Part shown: positions 55,796-64,000 of the stretch, one piece after another
Numbering within the stretch: position 1 is the first letter of the stretch
Layout: the number at the start of each line of letters is the position of its first letter
Origin: Tetramitus jugosus
Taxonomy: Eukaryota > Protista > Heterolobosea
Length of the DNA stretch: 64,000 bases
NCBI GenBank assembly: GCA_937625935.1
Contig: OW569368.1
Location: forward strand, 124,001 to 188,000
Direction: 5' to 3'
Position numbers and translations under genes: made by a program
The notes under the pieces: model-generated
What the model saw: only the letters and a program-made list of their open reading frames with translations
Databases searched by the model: none
Told to the model about the DNA's origin: nothing

Positions 55796-58700
55796 TTTTT
55801 TTTTTTTTTTTTTTTTTAATACAACCATATCGGTTGCTCACTTTATTGTCTGTTATATTCATTAGCCATCGCTCGCAGAGCGGTGGCTCTTGGTCACCAT
55901 TTTGATTCCCCAATGACGCTCGGAGAGCGTCATTGCTGTTGTTTCTCTTTCGTTGTAGTGAATAGGTGGAGGAGAGTCGTGAGACACTATTCACGTAAGT
56001 TTTAGCTATCTTATCTGCTGTTGCTGTCTTTACTCCATTTGCTATCAGACCTTCCGCGATGTCGCTGACGGCCTCTGTCTCAACACCCATCATTCCCATC
56101 AGGAACTCCCGGCTCGTTCTTCTCAACGGTCTCCTGACCACTTCTCCGCCTACTATCCTCACATTGTCGAACCATATATTGATACAGCTGGTATCAGCAA
56201 CCCCCATCTTGATAATTTCTGCTGCCACCGTCATCGCGAGGCATCTTCTGGCACGAACCGCTCTAGGGCACCGAATTAGACAGTGGAGCACACTTTCGGG
56301 CTCCTGACTGCACCACACACATTTGGTGGGATCGTTGTCTGAGTTGTAGAGGACTCTTACAACTTCTGCGGTATGGAGCGTCCCACTGAGGACTTGCATC
56401 TGAAACCACACAAGCTGCCTGTCTATACTGTGGGGATTTTTGAGGAAGCTGAAGTCCGCTTCACTTCTACTAACGGCCTTTTGTAACCACCACCTCTCAC
56501 ATTCTTCCACTCTTCTGTTCCTTTCCTGGTCAAATAGTGACTGCAGATGCTTCCTGTTTTCTACGTGAAACATCCCTTTGTAGAGTGCGGGTTCTTTTTC
56601 TACCCTATTGATTAGCTGGGAACACATGCATTCCTTCATTTGGCCAATCATTATATTCAGCACTTGGTGGGACGTGACTCCAACTTTGCACTTAGGGAAC
56701 AGGAGCTTGAATTCTTTGAGACACAGCGGCTGTCCATCAACAACTAATTGGTCACGGCTGTTTATGCCTGCTTGGAAAAGCTTCTTGAGCGTAGTAGATG
56801 GTACGTATCTAGCGAGGCAGCAATCGTCACATTGCCTTCTTTTGTTGGTACTTAGGATGATGTCGTGCGTGTGCATCCTCTCTGCACACCATTTGTGATA
56901 GGAATGTTTGACAAACTCCAGCCTGTTCCTTGACTGATACACATTCTCTTCTTGGAATGTTTGTTGTTGCTTGATATCCTCAAGCGTATCAATGAACAGC
57001 TTTCGAGCCTCTGTGTCTTTTTTCCCGTTGACCATGGACATCACGAACCATGCCGTCTGAACAGTAACTGATTCCTCTATATCCTTGAGTCCTACCAATC
57101 CCAGCTCACTACTGACGGACAGTAGTTCTGTTGGGAACCTTTTCATGGCTTTTGATCCGTACTTCACCAATGAGCGACCCAGCTCATTGACCTTATCAAA
57201 CCACATAGTCGTCCAGTCTGTGAATTCCGCCGCATATGTGAAGATTGGGTGGATGCATGTGTTTACAACACGACTCACTTGCCTGGCCGTGAGTCTCATC
57301 AGTTTCAGCCTAACCACCACCCGTTGTGCCTTGAGCCAGGCTTGCTCTTTCTGCATCTTCGTAGTGCCCCTGAGATTGGTGTATAGCCCCAATGCCCTGA
57401 ACACTTGTTTGTTGTTTCTCGCGGGAACTAATGCCCCATCAACAGTGATGTCGTTGGCTGTATTGCTATTGAGCTTCCTGACATACAACTCCAGCTTATC
57501 TGGATGCATAGTCATACGTAGCCATCGCAATACAGTAGACATTGCCTTCGCGGCCCTTTCGATGTCCTCACGTGACTCTGCGAACAGGTTACAGTCATCA
57601 ACATACGCTGCGTTCCATAGTCGTTGTGAAATTGTGTGCACTCCCTTCATTCTTTGGTCCACATACAAGAGAACAACCTGATGGACAAGTATGTAGGTAG
57701 TCGGGGACAGTGAATCTCCTTGTCGAGTGCCCTTGCCTATTCGGAATCTCCGTGATAGCGAGGAAGTTAAAACCCGCGCGTGATTATCTCGTACCATTCC
57801 GCTAACTAGTCTTACAATCCCCTCAGGGAATCCGAAGAACCTGTAAACAGCCTCAATGGCGTTATGAGGGACTGAGTCAAATGCCTTGGAGATATCCGTA
57901 AGCAGTAAGAAGAGCTGCTTATCATGCCGGTTGGCATGGTCCACAACTCCTCTGATTAGGGAGAGCTTCTCTCGTATATCGCGAAATCTCCTTCCCCCAC
58001 CTTGGGCCTTCGTGAATACATTTCCATCTTCAGCAGCTTTTGAGACACGTTGGTTCAGCAACTTGGTGTATAGTTTTGATAAAGAACTTAATAGACAGAT
58101 AGGCCGATAGTTCTCAGGCATTGTGACATCCCCCTTTTTGAAAGCTGGAATGATAATGCATTCCTTCCATGCCCTTGGGAAGTATCCCGTTCGCGTGATG
58201 AGGTTGAAAAGCCCACAGAGTGTCTCTGCCAATTCCCACCTGTAATCCCTTTTCCTGGTGCAAGGGAGCTTGATCATTTCATTGTGTATCCCATCTACCC
58301 CTGGGCATTTCCTATTCCTTAACCATCTCATTGCCTCTGCTACTTCCTCTGTCTTGAAAGGTGTGAAGGCCTTTCTTAATTCGTACTTGTTGCTGCGACA
58401 TTCCAAGAGCGACAGGAATCCCATACTCGCCTCTTCCTTCTTGAATGCTTCTTCGAAGTAGTCCGCGGCTGCGTCTCCAACCGTCTGTGCATCTGTGTAC
58501 TGCATTCCTTGTTTTGTCACTCTAGATAATCTCACCCGACCGCTCTTCTTGGCTGATGCAGCTGAGAAGAACTTGGACGGATCGCTAAACTCAGCAGTTC
58601 TTGCTGCCCATTCCCACTTCCTATACTTCTGAGCATTCTTCTTTGCTCGAGCTTGGTGCAATCTTCCATTGATATGCTTAAGTGTTTCCAATACCCTGCC

Positions 58701-59309
58701 AATCCTCGTGATATTCCTCTCTGTTCTGCCACATATCCGCTCTAGACTAGGGCTCCACTGGCGTTGTTGCATGTATTCCATCAGCGTTGCTCTATGTTTG
58801 AGCATCCTTCTGACTGCTCTGTTTTGTCTCCATATCTTAGACTCGTTTATCACTTGGAATGACTGGGCATGCTTGAGGATGGCATTAGTGATAGTCTCAC
58901 ATTGGACATCCACATCGTCCACATCCTGTATCTTGCACCGTTCCAATTCAGTAACAACGTTATGGGCATACTGCACCCATCTTACATCATCCTTTTTCTT
59001 TGGAAAGGCGTAGGACACTCGCTTGTTTGGTGTTGGGGGTTGCTTCTCCATCTTCAATGTTAGTTGTGTTGGAACGTGGTCGCTTCCTACACCGTTCCTG
59101 GTGTACATCACGATAGCTACGCACTCTTCAAGTGCAGCTCTGTTACACCACACGGTGTCAATGCGAGATGATGATCCTTTTCTATAGTACGTGTGAAACC
59201 TCTCAGCTCCCAAAAGCTCGTTAACGTCGAATAGGTTGTTGTCTTTCATTGTCTCCACCAGAGCATTAGTGTTGCAATCGATTCTGCTCGCCGTTCTGTC
59301 AGAGGCTAT
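55796..59309 (-). mobile_element. Copy A: 5'-truncated non-LTR retrotransposon (starts inside the APE domain; RT and CCHC in one open frame)
   Basis: SRIDTVW, SDHVP, GTRQGDSLSP, YVDD, CVWC..ESVLHCLIRC; poly(A) 55795-55817; TSD (T)AAAAATTGCGT at both ends. A small deletion near 55975 frameshifts the final codons (natural TGA at 55930-55932). Confidence 0.95.
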
Positions 59310-59363
59310 AAAAATTGCGTTTTTTGAGTTTTTATGAAATATATCGATTTGTTGTAATATCTC

Positions 59364-59434
59364 TCTCCTATGGTCTAGTGGTATGATAGCGGACTTTGAA
59401 TCCGTTGACGGTGGTTCGATTCCACCTAGGAGAA
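59364..59434 (+). tRNA. tRNA-Gln(TTG)
   Basis: TCTCCTA/TAGGAGA acceptor stem, GCGGA-CT TTG AA-TCCGT, GGTGG-TTCGATT-CCACC, with TTTT downstream. Confidence 0.94.
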
Positions 59435-59656
59435 CTTTTGGTTCATACGGTTTTGTTTTTCACTACTCAACACAAACAAAAAGGTAGATAACGGGTACAA
59501 GGACCGGGGTTGACAAGTCATGATTCTCGCATAATGCACCCTATTAGCCTAAATCTTGGACCAATATCAACCGCTTTTTTTTTGGGAGACAAACAAAACA
59601 CTTTTTCAAATAAAACAACATAAAAGAGCATCCAAGTCACTACTGAAACAAAGATC

Positions 59657-61204
59657 ATGAACTCACTCTCCCCTGTGCTTGAATCCAGAGAAACAACCTT
59701 AAATTATTGGCAGAGATTCACATTTACTGCCAACTCAATTTTTTCTCCTTCGTTTCTTTCCGTCACAGGCGCCGTTCTCAACATTACAAAAATTATGATG
59801 AATGCCTCATTTCTCAGCATTCCGTTTGCCATGCTCAAGGGAGGATTTTTTTACACGTTGCTTCTGTTGCTTCTCAATGGTGTTCTGAATGGCTATACTG
59901 CTGAGGTGCTGACTCGTTCTTGTGCCTTGGAATACACAAGAATGATGGACTCCACTGAGGACGGAGAGACTAATGAAGTTCCTTTGGAGCAAGTTGTCCA
60001 TCATGCTGCCTCAAGCTTGGAAAAGCTGTCGTCCTCCGCTTTGCCGCCTGTTTCTGAAGCTCAATCTGAAACTATCACGGCAAATGAAAGCGATGAGGAC
60101 AATCCAACCAGTATTTCCCAAGTTGCTCCCTCTGAGATGATATCAGAGTTGGACAACAATGAGAATGTCCAACAAGATTCGGACCAAGAGCTACAGCAAC
60201 CAAAGTTAGTAGCGACAAAGCAATTTCTATCATACTTAGAAGCGAGTCGCAAGAGCTTTGGAAGAATTGGTGAACTCATTTGCTCCTTGACCATCCTATT
60301 GACAGATATTGGTGCTTGCGCAGCTTACATTCTCGTAGCTGCCAATAGTTTGCATTTGGTTTATGACAAGTTGAGTCCTGTTCACTACATGTTGCTGTCA
60401 ACATTGATCATACTTCCGTTCGTATACTTGAAAGATGTTCAGAAATTAAGTGTGATGGGTAGTGTTGGTGTACTCACTTTTCTGGGATTGATCATTGTTG
60501 TAGTTGTGTATGGCTTTGCCATTGACGGTTCTCATCGAATACACAGTACGTCTCAACTGTCAATCATCAACTGGAGAACTTTCTTTGTCTCGTTTGGTAT
60601 TTGCAAGTTTAGCTTTTGCGGACACGAAGTGTTTTGCACGATTAGAGCTGGGATGCCTACTCAGAAACACTTTACATACGCAATGGTAATCTCCTGTGTC
60701 TTCATTACTGCGGCAGCTGTAATGATGGGGTGTGCAGGATATTTCATGTTTACGGATGTTACACCAGAATACATTATGGAAAACTTTCCTGAGGGAACAG
60801 TGTTCAGTAACATTGTTCGAGTCACAGTTTCTCTCATGCTTCTTGCCTCGATCCCCATCACTATCTTTGCGGCATGTGAGTTGGTTGAGCACTATCTGAA
60901 ACATTTGAAGAACTTCAAATATTACAAGTTTATTGACACTGAGAAGATCATACCAAGAATTATGATTCGCACACCTTTGATGTTCAGCTCCATTGGACTC
61001 GCTATTCTCGTGCCAAACTTTACAAAACAAGTGTCTCTTGTTGGTGGTGTGGGAGACTCATGTCTGGGTCTCATTTTCCCAATCTTGATCTACACAAAGC
61101 TTCACTGGAAGAACATTACTTGGTTACAGCTCGCTATGCATTCGTTCACTGTTGGATTTGGCATTTTCGGTATTGTTTGTGCCTTTCTTGTTTTCATTCT
61201 TTAG
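59657..61204 (+). CDS. Amino acid transporter (AAAP/Aa_trans, SLC36/38-like)
   Basis: NITKIMMNASFLSIPFAM..GG, SYLEASRKSFG, FSFCGH, SLVGG and IFPILIY; about 11 TM helices. Confidence 0.92.
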   Translation: MNSLSPVLESRETTLNYWQRFTFTANSIFSPSFLSVTGAVLNITKIMMNASFLSIPFAMLKGGFFYTLLLLLLNGVLNGYTAEVLTRSCALEYTRMMDSTEDGETNEVPLEQVVHHAASSLEKLSSSALPPVSEAQSETITANESDEDNPTSISQVAPSEMISELDNNENVQQDSDQELQQPKLVATKQFLSYLEASRKSFGRIGELICSLTILLTDIGACAAYILVAANSLHLVYDKLSPVHYMLLSTLIILPFVYLKDVQKLSVMGSVGVLTFLGLIIVVVVYGFAIDGSHRIHSTSQLSIINWRTFFVSFGICKFSFCGHEVFCTIRAGMPTQKHFTYAMVISCVFITAAAVMMGCAGYFMFTDVTPEYIMENFPEGTVFSNIVRVTVSLMLLASIPITIFAACELVEHYLKHLKNFKYYKFIDTEKIIPRIMIRTPLMFSSIGLAILVPNFTKQVSLVGGVGDSCLGLIFPILIYTKLHWKNITWLQLAMHSFTVGFGIFGIVCAFLVFIL

Positions 61205-61723
61205 GAGGAAATTCATGTCTCCTCAGCTTGATAGTGGTCGAACAACTGTTGACCAGTCTAATTGGTGCTACATTTGTTCGCAGGAGAAGGATCATCCAGA
61301 CAAATGTCCATAAAAAAGTGAGTTCGAGATACGAAGAGGAAGTGTAAACTTAAACTAAAACTCTGAAGGAATCATGTCAGGCCTCTCACAACTCTTTGAT
61401 TCGTTCTTTCGAAAGTAGTGAAACTATGGAATAAATGAAATTTGTCTTGAGATCAATCATTCTTGCCCACTTTGTCTAACACAATACACTTGTCATTGTT
61501 CTTCTCCGAGATCAAATGAAACCTCAACAACACACAATGAATGAAAGAAAATGAACAAACAAATCATCCGGGTGATTGATGAAAGAATGGACAAGAATTC
61601 ATCACCGTTTGTGACTTCTTTGGTTTTCGACAACTTGTTTTGTTAGGAAATGTTCTACTGTTCGCCGTGCAGGTAATTGCATTTTTACAACACTTTCTCC
61701 CTTTATTGAGAAATACGATATAA

Positions 61724-63274
61724 CTAACAGTGATTTTTAACATTGAGCTCAAAAGGGTCAATCTTGGCATTAAATACTTCTCCAGTGCTCAAATTCTCCA
61801 TGGTAAAATATCCTTCCATGCTACCGGTTGGAGTAGAGCTGTTAGTGGAGCTGCAATATGAGAAAGTGGACCCAGGTTCGATCACAGGATGCAAACCAAT
61901 GACACCGGGTCCGTTAACTGAATCTGTTACACCATTCGCGTCCTTAATAACCCAACATCGACTCCTCAGTTGGCACTTGAGATTCTTTGGGGCATTCTCA
62001 TCCATTGAAATCTTGATTCGATAGGAAAAGAAGTAATATGGCTCTACATTGTCTATATCTGAACTTTCTGGTCTGAATAGAGCATTACATTGTATTCGAA
62101 CCCCATTGGTTGTAGTGTCTGAACCAATACTGCCATCCAGCGGGAACCGCTCAATGTATCCATCATTGAATTCGTACAAGTTCCTCTGTGTCAAATCAAT
62201 TACGTATTTCTCGAACCATTCAATAAAGGAACCACTAAGAACAAACGGAGTTCCTCGACCTGAGATCTGAATCACCATACCACGACGATAAATTGTATTC
62301 ATGAAAGTAAAGTCTTTCATAGCGATCGCGATCAACATACGGCCACCTCTGATAATGGGCAAACAATTCGTCATCCACTTCAGATTCTGACGAAAAAATT
62401 GGTTCTCAAAGACAACACTGTCTAGCTTGAGAAACGTGAGGAAACTGAGCTCGTCATACACTATATACCCTCCGAACAAGGGCGAGGGTGCCTCATCTTG
62501 AGTCGATTGACCGTTGTGCATTCTATAAAAACACTCGAGTTCTTTTGGAATTGAGCAAGCTTCATCAATCTGACAATCAGCCAAAAACTGCTGCATTTCC
62601 TCACGAGAAGCACCATCTAACAGAGACTCAAACACTGAAGGGCAATTCTTGTGCAAGTAAGAATCCAACTGGTCGCTCAGAGTTTTAACTTTGCGGAACA
62701 CGGAAGCCAACCCACCATACTGCAATTGATACTCTCTGTAGCAGAGCTTGTTCATTTTGGCTGCAAGAAGTTCATATTGATCATTCACAGGTTCACTATG
62801 ATTATGCAACAATCCACGAGAGGGACTTGAGTTCAACTGTGCCCATACTTGATCGTCATTCACAATCTTTTGAACAAGTGCATAAAAGCCTCGATACGAA
62901 GCAACATCACAACGTTCTTCACCCACGCGAGCCATCTTTGTCACAGAGGGAGACAAAGCATCACCTGTTCGAGTATCATCACCTTCCTCGTCCAGGTCGT
63001 CGTCCCTCTTCTCCGACAAACGTCGCAACACGTGGGCATCGGACAAGCCATGAGGAACGTCCAACAACCATACATACTTGCACAACCACTTCCACAAAGA
63101 AGCATGACCAGACAATTGATAAAATCTGTAGCTCACACTGGAACAGGCACACAAATCTACGGGACCGAGGAATGACAAGAGCGCGATGATCGTGTCATCC
63201 GGTAAATCTTTGGTGAAATCTTCTGTCATCAAAACTTGCGATGTCATTTTCGGAATGTGCTCGGACTTGTTCAT
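61724..63274 (-). CDS. FBXO3: F-box + SMI1/KNR4 + ApaG protein (FBXO3/SKIP16-like)
   Basis: F-box LPDDTIIALLSFL, IPKELECFYRMHNGQ, and ApaG FSYRIKI..CQLRSRCWVI..VNGPGVIGLHP..GSMEGYF. Confidence 0.88.
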   Translation of the reverse strand: MNKSEHIPKMTSQVLMTEDFTKDLPDDTIIALLSFLGPVDLCACSSVSYRFYQLSGHASLWKWLCKYVWLLDVPHGLSDAHVLRRLSEKRDDDLDEEGDDTRTGDALSPSVTKMARVGEERCDVASYRGFYALVQKIVNDDQVWAQLNSSPSRGLLHNHSEPVNDQYELLAAKMNKLCYREYQLQYGGLASVFRKVKTLSDQLDSYLHKNCPSVFESLLDGASREEMQQFLADCQIDEACSIPKELECFYRMHNGQSTQDEAPSPLFGGYIVYDELSFLTFLKLDSVVFENQFFRQNLKWMTNCLPIIRGGRMLIAIAMKDFTFMNTIYRRGMVIQISGRGTPFVLSGSFIEWFEKYVIDLTQRNLYEFNDGYIERFPLDGSIGSDTTTNGVRIQCNALFRPESSDIDNVEPYYFFSYRIKISMDENAPKNLKCQLRSRCWVIKDANGVTDSVNGPGVIGLHPVIEPGSTFSYCSSTNSSTPTGSMEGYFTMENLSTGEVFNAKIDPFELNVKNHC

Positions 63275-64000
63275 ATTTAAACTTGATTATGATTTTTCGC
63301 TGACTCAACTCTCTGTGATGAGATGCGATGAGATTTTTGTTGTGGCGTCGATTAATACACACGTCCTCATTGCCATGTCAAAACAAAGATCAAGTCCCAG
63401 TTAGGAAAAAGATTTCTCCGCCTCGGGAGAAACAGGAAATATTTTCCTGAAAGAAATAGTCCCTGGGTGAAATTGAGAAGGATTGATTAATAACAACGCA
63501 CAAGGAGCTGTTCGTGACACTGACATGACTGTTGTTGCATTCCACACACAACTTTCACTCCAACGACCAAGGTATGCTTCATCTCGACTCTCTTCGTATT
63601 TGGTCAATGAAGAGAGAGAGCAAGGGGTGAAGTGCACTGTGTACGGCACGTTGGATCCTTTCCACAAGGGATTGGACAACCCCGCATTTAATATTTGGAC
63701 TTTCCTGTATCAGAAAGAAAACCAAACAACCAACTCCAGAAAAATCGCAACAAGCCAGTATGAAGAGAAACAAGAACGGAGTTTTTTATAGTCTAACAAC
63801 AGGGTCAATTCGGATGAGATGATGAGGAAGTCGTGCTCGTGAGTATGTAAGCTACCAACGGCAGTGAAAAATGAGGTGGTTTCATTTTCTCGCGCACGAT
63901 TGGCCTCGTCATCTCTTCCAACAATTTGATCTCGTTGTTTGGATTCAAGTAAGAGAGAGCTGAAGGTCGAAGATCAGGAAGATGAAAGGCAACCAAACCA

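Larger units (their letters stand above)
49335..59329. repeat. Five dispersed copies of the target-site duplication delimiting a four-element tandem array
   Basis: CTGCGCTTTTTGAGT 49335-49349; AAAAACTGCGT 50415-50425; AAAAATTGCGT 50510-50520 and 55785-55795; AAAAATTGCGTTTTTTGAGT 59310-59329. Confidence 0.9.

Noticed and set aside
55656-55930. C-terminal extension of the 1200-aa ORF through poly(A) into the next element
   Set aside because: A small deletion near 55975 bypasses the natural stop. The alternative frame LLHLFTTTKEKQQQ* matches the end of copy B ORF2.
49335-59329. Repeat-spacer pattern as a CRISPR array, or the RT as retron, DGR or group II intron type
   Set aside because: The repeats are TSDs next to poly(A) tails, the spacers range from ~85 bp to ~5 kb, and the RT is fused to an APE endonuclease and CCHC finger, as in LINEs.
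59500-59585. GGTTGA...TCAACC followed by a T-run downstream of tRNA-Gln as a possible Pol III RNA
   Set aside because: Only a 6-bp terminal stem and no diagnostic boxes.
63300-64000. Short ORFs at the right edge of the window
   Set aside because: No recognisable domain or consistent exon structure; possibly the end of a gene outside the window.

Overview
Gene-dense eukaryotic nuclear DNA using the standard code, with a few short GT-AG introns and poly-Q/N/H/T tracts. It is probably from a free-living protist, most likely heterolobosean/discoban-like (inference only). It holds about 24 protein genes, including NCBP1, PPIL4, mitoferrin, a two-pore channel, DD3-3, a subtilase, an M16 peptidase, an FBXO3-like gene, and Myb, Zn2Cys6 and ARID factors, plus two tRNA genes. 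The main result is a family of non-LTR retrotransposons (APE-RT-CCHC, L1/Tx1-like) that appears to target tRNA genes by position. Both tRNA genes carry an insertion whose 5' end faces the tRNA, and the target-site duplication (TSD) begins 53-54 bp upstream although the two target sequences are unrelated. At tRNA-Gln four different copies are stacked head-to-tail over about 10 kb, separated by repeated TSDs: an ORF1-only copy, an ~85-bp 3' stub, a near full-length copy and a 5'-truncated copy. All five copies share a structured 3' end. Its internal hairpins have GNA triloops and G-T pairs on the antisense (first-strand cDNA) strand, which suggests folding as single-stranded DNA.
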